Positions 16,773-26,083 of a stretch of 32,906 nt of DNA are shown here, piece by piece. The stretch lies in the IMG/VR virus record IMGVR_UViG_3300027863_000113, positions 1 to 32,906 of that record, one strand, 5' to 3'. Position 1 is the stretch's first letter, and every line of letters starts with the position of its first letter. The position numbers and the translations under genes were made by a program. The stretch is from a virus (Duplodnaviria; Caudoviricetes). The notes beneath the pieces are model-generated. The model was not told the DNA's origin and made no database searches. It was given only the letters and a program-made list of their open reading frames with translations.

Positions 16773-17435
16773 TTATCGTTTTCTAGATGAAATTTTCTTA
16801 ATAAAACCTTCAAAAATTTGAAGGCTTACTTCTTCAATTTCTTTTCTAGAAGCACGTTTAATTTCACGTTTCGCATTGCTTTGATCCATTTCTGACCATA
16901 TACCATTCACTAACATCCATTCTTTGTTTTCCATAATACCTTGAACGAAAGCTCCTGGCGCAGAAGGATCAGCAACAATATCGGCCGCTGTGGCAAGATA
17001 AAAGTCATCTTGTACGATATTAATACCGTCCACCATTTTTAATGAACCCATTCCTCTTGATGAAACTCCGAGTTGACCACCACCTTCAATTAAATTTCTG
17101 GCAATGTTACCCATTGGTGTTTCTAAAATCTTTGCTTTACCTATCCAAACTGTTCCCTCTTGCTTTAAACTAACAATCATATGGGAAATACGATCAAGAT
17201 TAATAGAAGGAGTGTCTGGATGACCCAATTCACCGAATGCTCTATTTTTTGCAATGTATTCGTTATGATATCTATTAACTTCACGACGCATTGTTTCTTC
17301 TTTATAAAGTCTGCCATTTCTATTCTTAGCTTCTGAAACTAGAAATGGACCTTCAATATAAAGTGTTTTCTTTCCGTTACTTTCTTCAGTTAAATAATTA
17401 ACTGATTCTGTAATCATTTCTTTAATAAGCTTCAT
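16773..17435 (-). CDS. 21: prohead protease gp21
   Basis: NRNGRLY, GELGHP, GVSSRGMGS, DIVADPSAP.A. Confidence 0.98.
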   Translation of the reverse strand: MKLIKEMITESVNYLTEESNGKKTLYIEGPFLVSEAKNRNGRLYKEETMRREVNRYHNEYIAKNRAFGELGHPDTPSINLDRISHMIVSLKQEGTVWIGKAKILETPMGNIARNLIEGGGQLGVSSRGMGSLKMVDGINIVQDDFYLATAADIVADPSAPGAFVQGIMENKEWMLVNGIWSEMDQSNAKREIKRASRKEIEEVSLQIFEGFIKKISSRKR

Positions 17436-17854
17436 GCTAGTCCTAATGCCTTTCTTCTATTCATTGAAATTCTTCTTCTTTGTCTAATACGCATTCTTTG
17501 AATTAATTTTTTGTACTTTGAGTTTCTAGCTTTCAATCTTCTTTTTTGCATTTCAGATGGTGATTGTCTGCCAACATTGTGACGACGGGCAGCATAACCA
17601 CCATAAGGGGTATGGGAACGAATTTGTCTTAATTGGAATTTACCATGTCTAATTCGATAGTTTAAAACACGTTCTCTACCTAAATTAACATCTTCCTTTA
17701 AATCTTCGTTTTCTTCAAAAATATCATTAAACATTTCTTTTGCGATTTCTATTCTTGCAATAGAAAGTTTTTCAGAAATGATATCTGAAATTTTTCCCTC
17801 AAAAATTTTATTTGCTTGAGAGAAATTTTCGGAAAGAATTAAATCAACAATCAT
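17432..17854 (-). CDS. 68: prohead core protein gp68-like
   Basis: Very Arg/Lys-rich C-terminal half ending RRKALGLA; directly upstream of gp21. Confidence 0.75.
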   Translation of the reverse strand: MIVDLILSENFSQANKIFEGKISDIISEKLSIARIEIAKEMFNDIFEENEDLKEDVNLGRERVLNYRIRHGKFQLRQIRSHTPYGGYAARRHNVGRQSPSEMQKRRLKARNSKYKKLIQRMRIRQRRRISMNRRKALGLA

Positions 17855-18375
17855 TATGGTGTTAATCCGTAAGGTTTGTAGTTGAATGCTGCTGGATCGT
17901 TGAATTGACCTCGTTGATACATTTGGTTATTCTTACGTAACTCAAGAATTAATGTATATGCACAATTTGCTGTCATTCCATAAGTATTGATTCCAATATC
18001 ACCTGTTGGACTTACAGCGTTATTTTTTATAGAAACCATACCTTGATCTTCTGAATATTCGCCACAAAGATCAAGAGTTACTATTGTTGATGGTGTTGTA
18101 CCATTCCAATATAACTCAACATATCCTTGTTGTTTAGATGCAACATTATAACCAACTCTAGTTAATGATAATTCATAAAATGATAGAGCAGTGTTACTCA
18201 CACTTAACGAAGTATACAATGGCATACCATTAGCATCTAAAGCACCATAAAGTGTGTTTGCTTGAATACGAGCAGTATTTGCTTCTTGTCCAGATCCATC
18301 GAATTTTGCTGTTAATTTAATAACAGTTTTTTCTGTGGTATCTCTTAAAACTTCATATGAAAAAGCGTTAGCCAT
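17854..18375 (-). CDS. hypothetical virion protein, beta-rich
   Basis: In the head operon; AGGA SD; A/N/T/G-rich composition. Confidence 0.7.
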   Translation of the reverse strand: MANAFSYEVLRDTTEKTVIKLTAKFDGSGQEANTARIQANTLYGALDANGMPLYTSLSVSNTALSFYELSLTRVGYNVASKQQGYVELYWNGTTPSTIVTLDLCGEYSEDQGMVSIKNNAVSPTGDIGINTYGMTANCAYTLILELRKNNQMYQRGQFNDPAAFNYKPYGLTP

Positions 18376-18387
18376 CTTTTATTCCTA

Positions 18388-18621
18388 TTATCTAATATTC
18401 GCACTTGACGCAGACAATGCTGTTCCAAATGGCACTGTAACATATTTATCCAAAGAATCTATCTTATAGAGAGCAACATATGTACCATCAGGAAATTGTC
18501 TAATTGAAATTCTACGCATAACAAGTACATTAGGTGGATTTGCAGAAGAAAAGTTTGGTGTTGCTAACTCGTCCAAACTTTCTTCGATATTTTCTACCAT
18601 GTATTCTTTCAATGATTTCAT
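18388..18621 (-). CDS. putative internal head protein with a capsid-targeting-like N-terminus
   Basis: MKSLKEYMVE resembles the T4 capsid targeting sequence MKTYQEFIAE; in the head operon. Confidence 0.55.
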   Translation of the reverse strand: MKSLKEYMVENIEESLDELATPNFSSANPPNVLVMRRISIRQFPDGTYVALYKIDSLDKYVTVPFGTALSASSANIR

Positions 18622-18622
18622 A

Positions 18623-19558
18623 TTAATGCATTTTCTTTAAGGTCAAAGCTAATCTAGCTCTTTTACCTTCTTTGCCACTAGCATGGGCAGCTTTATCTAG
18701 TTTTGAATCAGGAATATCTTTTCCTGCAGGAACTCCCAACTCACGATGTAAAGCACCTGGATGTTTGATAGCCTTTTTGATCCAATTTTTTTCTTGAATT
18801 GTTTCAATTTCTTCTTTCACATCTTTCTTTGGTTCTTTCCATTTTGAAATTTGTGAATCGTGTGCCTTTACTGCACCTTGACGATATTTAACTTTTGAAA
18901 CATGAAGGTCTGGCTGAATGTTATAATGTCCATCACCATAAACGTGAATAACTTTATGTTTTACACCAGCATGAGGTCCAATTGCGGGCATAACTTCATC
19001 ACCGATTTTAAAACCTTCTTTTAATTCAATTTCTTCTTTTTGTACTTTCTTTTTAATTTCATATGTTTTAGGATCAACATAATGATTGCTCATATCTTCA
19101 CCTTCAGCATGTCTACGCGCCATTTCTCTTTCAGCAGCACGCATATTGTATTCATGGTGATTTGATCCATAATTCTTTCTTGGCATTCCAGCTTCTTTTA
19201 AAGCATCTTTTTTGACCATTTTTTTGACAAGTTTTTTATCTTCTTTCTCGTCAGAGTGTTCTTCTTTCATTGAAGCTTTTTTTGAATTCTTTTTGTATTT
19301 TTTATTGTCACCATCCTCATCATCTTCGTCATCATCTTCATCATCGTCCGCATCATCATCATTCTGATCTTCATTTTCATCTTCATCTTTTTCAGACTTT
19401 TTCTTTTCTTCAGATTGAAGGAGATTTTTAGCTACTTCCATTTTCTTTTGTTCAATAGCTTCGTATACTCTTTCCATAATATCATCAAAAAGAACATCGC
19501 GCATGTCCTTTAAATTTTCATTCATTGCGTGTTCTACAATTGCTTTTACTTTTTCCAT
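18623..19558 (-). CDS. enlarged gp67-like prohead core protein
   Basis: Directly after gp20; ~45-aa N-terminal core domain, D/E tract (19307-19387), then several modules. Confidence 0.65.
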   Translation of the reverse strand: MEKVKAIVEHAMNENLKDMRDVLFDDIMERVYEAIEQKKMEVAKNLLQSEEKKKSEKDEDENEDQNDDDADDDEDDDEDDEDGDNKKYKKNSKKASMKEEHSDEKEDKKLVKKMVKKDALKEAGMPRKNYGSNHHEYNMRAAEREMARRHAEGEDMSNHYVDPKTYEIKKKVQKEEIELKEGFKIGDEVMPAIGPHAGVKHKVIHVYGDGHYNIQPDLHVSKVKYRQGAVKAHDSQISKWKEPKKDVKEEIETIQEKNWIKKAIKHPGALHRELGVPAGKDIPDSKLDKAAHASGKEGKRARLALTLKKMH

Positions 19559-19590
19559 TTTTGATTACCTCTTTAAGGATTTTATATTTT

Positions 19591-19598
19591 TATTTATA
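19591..19598 (-). promoter_or_regulatory. late promoter TATAAATA for the gp67-like gene
   Basis: Exact T4 late consensus overlapping the portal stop. Confidence 0.85.
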
Positions 19599-21297
19599 AA
19601 ATATTATTTACTCGATGTAATAATGAAGCAACAGGATTTTCATTTAGATTTTCCTGTACTGGATCTTTCATATTATCAGATGTTGATGCTGGACGATTTG
19701 CTCCTGCGGCTTGGGCAGCAGATTTTTCGGATGCCTTTGCATCTTTTTTGTTTGGTGCAATACTATTAACTCCAGGAACAACATTCAATGCGGTAGGATC
19801 CATTAATGGATCAACAATTTTACCTTCTGATTTTTCTTGTTCAATTTCTTTTTCCATCTTTTCAATTTCATCATCAGACAATCTTAATACATTTCTGCGA
19901 ATCCAATTTAATGAATAATATCGACCAACGTATGGATCAACTTGTGAAAGAAGTGTTAATCTTTCACGCATTAATTCTGCATCTTTTAATTCAGTGAAAT
20001 TATTGTCTTTAATATAATCAAAACCAATATCTTCTTTAAACGCATCAAATTCATCGGCAGTACAAATTCCCTTAAGAACACATTGTACTTTTAATGCTTG
20101 AAGAAATAACTCATTAAATTTAATACGAAGTCTATCGATAAATTTTGAAAATTTTAATTCATCGCGTGTAATTTCAGATGCACGACCAATGGTAAATCCA
20201 GAAGAAGATTCTAATCTTGAAATAGGAACGTTTAGAGATTTATAAAGTTTCTTTTCGAAATACTTAACATCTTCCAATTCGCCTAGATTTTGACCACCAG
20301 GTAATGTAGTAATTTCTGTTCCTTTTCCACCATCACGACGAGGTAACCAGAAATCTTCCATCATAGATAGAAATTTACGATCATCACGAACTTCACCTGT
20401 ATTTGCATCATACACAAGTTTGTTTTTGTATTTGACCATAATATCACGAAGATATTGTTCGGCTTTTAACTTTGGAAGATTACCAACATCAATATAGAAA
20501 ATTCTACGTTCTGGTGCTCTAGAAATACGATAGATGACAGTTGCATCCTCAATCATTCTTAACTGATTCAATGGTTTAATTGCTTTATGAAGATAAGAAA
20601 GAACAACTGATCTTCTTGAGTCCATCAAACCAGAATTTACGTTAACGATAGAATCTTTTGTAATTTTTACACCAACTGGTCCAAATTGTGAAGAACCAGA
20701 AATAGCTTTGTCATTGAAAAGATAATATTCGTTGACAACATCCATAATGTCAACTCCAGTTTTTTCGTCTTTCTTTTTCTTGATTTCACGAATTTTTCGA
20801 ATTTTTCGTGGATCAATATAACGAAGCTCTTTAATACCCTCAAGTGGATTATCTTTGTTGATAATTACTTGATAAAATAAACGTCCGTCCACATAATATC
20901 TACGAAAAATATCATGTGCCATATTTGAATAATTAAGAAGTTTCAAAACAGTATTAAACTCTGCTTCAATCGCTTTCTTAATTTTTGGTGGTTGTTCTAA
21001 GCTATCAAGAATAATTTTGAGTGTTTTCCCGTCATCGTCGTAAACAATTGCTTCATTAACAATATCATCAATAGCTGATTCGATTTCTGGCTGCATAGCC
21101 ATTTCACGGTAACGAGAAATAAGTTCAACTTCATTTTTAGCTGTTCCGTCTAAGTCTACATATGTTCCATAATATGCAGCAGAGGAAATAGTAAGTGCCC
21201 CATCATCATTTGAAGGGGGACTAAACGAAGGTTGCTGATCCTGTTGTGCTTCGGTTTTTTGTCTTGATATACTAAAACCAAATAAACTAATTGCCAA
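19594..21297 (-). CDS. 20: portal protein gp20 (TTG start)
   Basis: YRISRAPERRIFYIDVGNLPK.KAEQY, MMEDFWLPRR.GGKGTEITTLPGG; AAGGAG SD before TTG. Confidence 0.99.
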   Translation of the reverse strand: MAISLFGFSISRQKTEAQQDQQPSFSPPSNDDGALTISSAAYYGTYVDLDGTAKNEVELISRYREMAMQPEIESAIDDIVNEAIVYDDDGKTLKIILDSLEQPPKIKKAIEAEFNTVLKLLNYSNMAHDIFRRYYVDGRLFYQVIINKDNPLEGIKELRYIDPRKIRKIREIKKKKDEKTGVDIMDVVNEYYLFNDKAISGSSQFGPVGVKITKDSIVNVNSGLMDSRRSVVLSYLHKAIKPLNQLRMIEDATVIYRISRAPERRIFYIDVGNLPKLKAEQYLRDIMVKYKNKLVYDANTGEVRDDRKFLSMMEDFWLPRRDGGKGTEITTLPGGQNLGELEDVKYFEKKLYKSLNVPISRLESSSGFTIGRASEITRDELKFSKFIDRLRIKFNELFLQALKVQCVLKGICTADEFDAFKEDIGFDYIKDNNFTELKDAELMRERLTLLSQVDPYVGRYYSLNWIRRNVLRLSDDEIEKMEKEIEQEKSEGKIVDPLMDPTALNVVPGVNSIAPNKKDAKASEKSAAQAAGANRPASTSDNMKDPVQENLNENPVASLLHRVNNIL

Positions 21298-21323
21298 TGT
21301 TATCTCCTTAATTCATAATAAAT

Positions 21324-21342
21324 GGGTGGAATTATTCCACCC
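21324..21342 (-). terminator. hairpin GGGTGGAA-3nt-TTCCACCC after gp19
   Basis: 8-bp stem followed by ATTTATT on the minus strand. Confidence 0.65.
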
Positions 21343-21350
21343 TTCGTTTA

Positions 21351-21893
21351 TTAGGTTGTTGTATTTGATTCCCATAGTTGGTAAGTAAATGTGACTGAAT
21401 ATTCTTCAATCGAATCATTTGAACCCCAATCTAGTGAAATCGGATCAATGTTTGCAGGGAATGCACCAATCATATTGTATGTCTTGATAATGTCCCCAGT
21501 TTTACCATATTGTGTTACAACCGCATCAGATGTATAGGATGTTGGTGTAGCAGCATTGGTACTTCTTAAGTTTCCAACGTGACTGTTGATTGAATTTGAC
21601 CAGTTTTCTAAAGCATTTCTAATTAAGAAATCTTCATCATTGATAATGGTCAATGTCCAATCAGCAAATGTTCTATTACCAGCAAACTTTACTTCACGAC
21701 CAAAGTAATATTGAGGCACAATACCAACAGAACTTCCTGGTAATTGTGCCGCTTTAGCCATAAATGTAGTCTTTTGACCAGCAGCAGAACCGTTGGCAAC
21801 AAAGGTCGGAAATGTAAGTGTTACTGCAAATAGATTAGGACGCGCACCGTCACCAATCATATTTGCTCTAAATTCCGAAATATTGAAAGCCAT
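21351..21893 (-). CDS. 19: tail tube protein gp19
   Basis: GARPNLF.V, LPGS.VG, GR.VKFAG.RTF.DWT.TI.NDEDF, IEEYSVTF.Y. Confidence 0.97.
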   Translation of the reverse strand: MAFNISEFRANMIGDGARPNLFAVTLTFPTFVANGSAAGQKTTFMAKAAQLPGSSVGIVPQYYFGREVKFAGNRTFADWTLTIINDEDFLIRNALENWSNSINSHVGNLRSTNAATPTSYTSDAVVTQYGKTGDIIKTYNMIGAFPANIDPISLDWGSNDSIEEYSVTFTYQLWESNTTT

Positions 21894-21918
21894 CTTTTAT
21901 TCTCCTAAGTTATAAACT

Positions 21919-21926
21919 TATTTATT
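21919..21926 (-). promoter_or_regulatory. late promoter (AATAAATA) for gp19
   Basis: TAAATA core at the gp18 stop; AGGAG SD downstream. Confidence 0.7.
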
Positions 21927-23649
21927 AAGCTGCACCAGCAACTTCACTAAATTGAACACCTGTTCCAACTGCAATAAAGTTTAGTTGAATCCAGTTAATT
22001 GATCGTGCTGGTTTGACATAAATGTCGCCAACGAATTGGTTGTTATCAATAACTTGTGGAGTATTATTTGTTGAATCACAAACAACTCTATATTGATAAA
22101 TTCCGCGTCTACCTTGAACATCACGTAAGAATGGTGATACCATTGCTACGAATTGTGCTTGTGTAAATGAATCGTTGAATTCGAATAGTGAATATTTTGC
22201 AGCTAGGGCAATTGACTTTTCAAGTACGATGAATAATCTACGAACGTTGATTCTGTCAAATGCTGATGGTTTTGCTTGAAGTGTTTTGTCACCATATAAA
22301 ACTGTTCCATTACCTTGGAATGACACTACAGGATTTACACCTTGTGGATATAGTAAATCTCTTTGTGATTGTCTTGGATTCCAAGCTAATTTAACTACAT
22401 TTTTGATATTTCCACGATTAAATCCTGCTGGTGAATACCATGGATCACGAACTGAATCTGTGTAAACGCATAGTCCAGCAATATCACCGTTCAATGGAAT
22501 ATAACGATAAACATTGTTATACTTATCATACATATATTTCCATCCACTATCAACAACAACATATGATGAAGAACGTGAAAGTGTTGTCAACCAGTTTTGA
22601 ATATTTGTAGTTTCGTTACCAGATTGATTTACAACTGCTGAATATGGTGGAGAAATGAATGCTAGACAATCACCACTTCTACCTTCTAAACTTCCTGCTG
22701 GTGTAACAATATTATCGATTACATATTGTTGTAATGTAACATCAGCTCCACCTGTCATTAGTAAAGAAATATCAACCAAATCTTTATTAGATAGTAAATT
22801 GTATCCGAAAATATAATCATTATCTTGAACTGCTGAATCTGCACCATTTGTTAATGTGAATGAATAAGATGCATTTGCTGTTCTAGCAAAATTGGTAACT
22901 GAAGTTTGTCCCCATGTTGATGAAGTATTTGCATAATCAACAGGATCCATTGCGTAAATGTATTTTGATTGATTCAAAATTACATTCTTATAATATGTTG
23001 ATTGACCATTTCCATCAACGGCATCTGATGCTTTTGAAACAAAAGGATAAACTTCTAAAATCGAACCTTTAATTCCAGAGAAAAGTCCACCAGCATCAGT
23101 AACTACAATATGGAATTCATCATTTGCGCCACCAGCTTGAGCAACTGAATTTGAAGTTGTTGGAGCAGTGCTAAAATTGCCAGAATATGCCCAAGAGCTA
23201 AACGCATTAGTATTTGCTGAGTCAAAGACGTTTACTTGAATTGAATTGCCCATTGCTCCGGCATAGCGAGCAACAAAAGCTCCATATGCATTTTGAGCGC
23301 CAATATGAAGATAATCAATGTTGTAAATATCTTCATTTGCAATTTGAACGTTCGAACCAGTAGTGTTTGCTTGAGCATTAAATGTATTTGAGTTTAATGC
23401 ACGAACGAATTGTAGATTGTTACCGTATGCTAAGAAACTAGCAGCAGTAAAAAAGTCAACGTATGTGTTTGTGTTTGGTTCCCCAAAATTATTTACCAGT
23501 GAAATTTCATCTGACACTGGATAAATGACTTCGGCAGGTCCCCAAACGGCAGCACCAACAAAACCACCTGTTGTTGTCGAAACTGTAGGAACAACGGTAG
23601 TAAGGTCAATTTCTGTGATGCTAGTACCTGGAGATTGTTGTACGGCCAT
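21925..23649 (-). CDS. 18: tail sheath protein gp18
   Basis: SPG..I.EIDLT, WGP, PWYSPAGFNRG, SAFDRINVRRLF, KPARSIN.I.LNF.A. Confidence 0.98.
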   Translation of the reverse strand: MAVQQSPGTSITEIDLTTVVPTVSTTTGGFVGAAVWGPAEVIYPVSDEISLVNNFGEPNTNTYVDFFTAASFLAYGNNLQFVRALNSNTFNAQANTTGSNVQIANEDIYNIDYLHIGAQNAYGAFVARYAGAMGNSIQVNVFDSANTNAFSSWAYSGNFSTAPTTSNSVAQAGGANDEFHIVVTDAGGLFSGIKGSILEVYPFVSKASDAVDGNGQSTYYKNVILNQSKYIYAMDPVDYANTSSTWGQTSVTNFARTANASYSFTLTNGADSAVQDNDYIFGYNLLSNKDLVDISLLMTGGADVTLQQYVIDNIVTPAGSLEGRSGDCLAFISPPYSAVVNQSGNETTNIQNWLTTLSRSSSYVVVDSGWKYMYDKYNNVYRYIPLNGDIAGLCVYTDSVRDPWYSPAGFNRGNIKNVVKLAWNPRQSQRDLLYPQGVNPVVSFQGNGTVLYGDKTLQAKPSAFDRINVRRLFIVLEKSIALAAKYSLFEFNDSFTQAQFVAMVSPFLRDVQGRRGIYQYRVVCDSTNNTPQVIDNNQFVGDIYVKPARSINWIQLNFIAVGTGVQFSEVAGAA

Positions 23650-23705
23650 CTTTTTCTCCTTGATTAATTATAATTCTGAATATTGGGCACAATAACTATA
23701 ATACT

Positions 23706-23713
23706 TATTTAGA
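23706..23713 (-). promoter_or_regulatory. late promoter (TCTAAATA) for gp18
   Basis: TAAATA core in the gap after the terminase C-half. Confidence 0.65.
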
Positions 23714-23726
23714 TAAACCTATTTTC

Positions 23727-24962
23727 TCAAAAATTTCTGAAATGCTGGCTCATAACAGAATCATAGTCACCTTCTACCCAAATATCGTCTCCACCAACAA
23801 TAAAAGGTACATCTAATCCGTTGTCTATAATAGGAGAAGCAACATCAGCTTCATCTAAATGACGGAATTTTTCTAATTGCATCTGTTTTCTTAAATCATG
23901 ATCTACGATTTCTCTAAAGAATTTGTTGGTTGTGATCCATGAAAACAAGACTAAAGACATTACCAAATCATCATTTTTGCCTTCTTCTGCTTCCCAAGAA
24001 TTTCCTGTTTGAATAAATGAAGCTAATTCTGAGATTGTATCGAAATCTTCGATAATTAATTTATCACTTTCAATAAGAGTTTTTAGGTTTAAACAACCAA
24101 TTCTCTTAACTTGAGAGGACATTTTTACTCCATTCTGAATTCCACGACCAAATCCAGCTCCTAGTTGTTGTGCTTTTTTGTTTCCTGTTTCCACTTTTAA
24201 CACATTCTCATATTCCATTTCTGAAACTAGAATATCTGCAATTTGTGGATTGTTATTAATTTCAACTAAAATGAAAGCATTATTATAAAATTTACCAACA
24301 GTTTGGATAATTGTAGGAAATAAAACGGGAGATATATGAGAATTTTTATATTTAGCAACTTGTTTATATGGCGTCGAAGAAACATCAAATACACTAATCG
24401 TTGATGAGTCTAAATCTTTACCTTCTGCAATATCAACGGTCATTACATAAATATGATCTTTTGTAACTTCTTCATCACCTTTGATTGGTAATTCGTAAAT
24501 ATCAACAACATTATCATTTCCAATTTTCATCTTTTCAATTGGATCACGATATGCTAGTGATTGAAGTTTTGATCCAGAAATAAGAGTATTAGAAGAACCT
24601 AAGAAATCACAATTATGTGAGACTAATCCATTAGAATAATATAAATGTTTTTGACCTGAATTTACAATATCAAATAATTCGATTTTCTTTTTTATTAATC
24701 TTTTAGATACGACAAAACACCCAAGTTTATCTTGGGTGTCAATCATATCTTTTTTAGTTAAATCCTTAGCTTTTACTATTCCATTAATGGTAGATAATGG
24801 GTGATCTTCGGAACATTTTAATTCTTTATTATTGGAGAATTTCAGATGGATATAACGATTTTTTGTAATCTTATTAACACCATAGAAGTCCTCAATTCCA
24901 TGTGGGGTTAATATTTTATATTTTTTATTATTATATACTACTGATTTAGGAAGGTTAAACAT
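23727..24962 (-). CDS. 17: terminase large subunit gp17, C-terminal (nuclease) half fused to split-intein IntC
   Basis: aa 1-117 are intein-like, ending SHN; C-extein starts CDFLGSSNTLISG; VDIAEG..D and DDLVMSL nuclease motifs. Confidence 0.95.
   Translation of the reverse strand: MFNLPKSVVYNNKKYKILTPHGIEDFYGVNKITKNRYIHLKFSNNKELKCSEDHPLSTINGIVKAKDLTKKDMIDTQDKLGCFVVSKRLIKKKIELFDIVNSGQKHLYYSNGLVSHNCDFLGSSNTLISGSKLQSLAYRDPIEKMKIGNDNVVDIYELPIKGDEEVTKDHIYVMTVDIAEGKDLDSSTISVFDVSSTPYKQVAKYKNSHISPVLFPTIIQTVGKFYNNAFILVEINNNPQIADILVSEMEYENVLKVETGNKKAQQLGAGFGRGIQNGVKMSSQVKRIGCLNLKTLIESDKLIIEDFDTISELASFIQTGNSWEAEEGKNDDLVMSLVLFSWITTNKFFREIVDHDLRKQMQLEKFRHLDEADVASPIIDNGLDVPFIVGGDDIWVEGDYDSVMSQHFRNF
24612..24962 (-). 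mobile_element. split intein C-fragment (117 aa)
   Basis: KILTP.G..F.G, block B CSEDH, block F LFDI, block G YYSNGLVSHN then Cys+1. Confidence 0.93.
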
Positions 24963-26083
24963 TTTTGTATTGTCTCGTCTGGATTTTTATAAAAATCGTT
25001 TTCTTTAATGTGAAGAATTTTATATCCTTTCATAGTTACGAATTCATCTTTAGCGATGTCCTTCAATACTCTTTCACCAGCATGGTAAAATGTACCATCA
25101 AATTCTATGATTTTATCAAACAATAAAAAATCAATAACATATCTATTTTTATTTAAATGATTTCTATTTTCTTCTGAAATTTTGGATATATCTAAAGGTG
25201 TGATTGAAATATTTTTCTCATTATTCAATTCAGAAAAATAACAATTATTTTTTTGAACATCATTTAATTTTTCATAAATTGAAAAAAACAATTTTTGGGA
25301 AACAATAGAAACACCATTCACCCGTGTAGAACAATTTTTACAAATTAAACGTTCAGAATTACCATAACCCCTCTCAAATGTATAAAATTTTAATGGTGTA
25401 TCACAATGTTTACATGTTATAATATCTTCTGGATCATAATCATTTAATATTCTATAAAATTTCTCTGTAAATTTATTGGTTGTTAACTTATGGTTTTTTG
25501 CATGAAATAGAATAGAATTATATAAATTCGAACTACCCATTTTTAATTGTTTAACAACTCCTTGATTATCGAAAACCAATATATTTTTTAGTTTTGAAAA
25601 TTCGGATTTAATTTCTTCCTTTGTGTATAATATTTGTGTTGGATAAATGTACCGTTTAACAATTCCAATCTCTGTACCCAGTTCATTTGCAATTTCTTGC
25701 AATGATTTATTATTGACATTTTTATAATTTCGTAATTTCTCTCGAATGTCTTTATTAATAAAATAATCACTTTCAAGATTATATATTTTCATTAATTTAT
25801 GAATTCTCGCTCTGTGGACATTATATTGTTTTGCTATTTGAAGAATAGATTCGGTTTTCAATAAGTTTTCTAGTTTCTCTTTACTAATTATCTCATATTT
25901 TTCTCGATTTAATACTTTAGCACTATCAGATTTTGATCTAGATTGTAAATCAAACTTTTTGAATAATCTGATAATCGGTTGTCTGTCTGCAAATCCAAAA
26001 TATTTACCAATTTCATCGAGGGTCATTTCTTTCTGAAAATATAGATTTTCAAGTTGTTCTTTCGTTATGTTCTTTGAGTTCAT
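24938..26083 (-). CDS. free-standing putative homing endonuclease (3 HTH repeats, Zn ribbon, Vsr/DUF559-like nuclease)
   Basis: HTH-like repeats; CKHC..CKNC; YVIDF..IIEFDGTFYH..D..KD..GYKILHIKE. Confidence 0.85.
   Translation of the reverse strand: MNSKNITKEQLENLYFQKEMTLDEIGKYFGFADRQPIIRLFKKFDLQSRSKSDSAKVLNREKYEIISKEKLENLLKTESILQIAKQYNVHRARIHKLMKIYNLESDYFINKDIREKLRNYKNVNNKSLQEIANELGTEIGIVKRYIYPTQILYTKEEIKSEFSKLKNILVFDNQGVVKQLKMGSSNLYNSILFHAKNHKLTTNKFTEKFYRILNDYDPEDIITCKHCDTPLKFYTFERGYGNSERLICKNCSTRVNGVSIVSQKLFFSIYEKLNDVQKNNCYFSELNNEKNISITPLDISKISEENRNHLNKNRYVIDFLLFDKIIEFDGTFYHAGERVLKDIAKDEFVTMKGYKILHIKENDFYKNPDETIQKCLTFLNQ

Noticed and set aside
19307-19387. (TCA)n-like repeat as a microsatellite or array
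   Set aside because: It is the Asp/Glu codon run of the gp67-like protein
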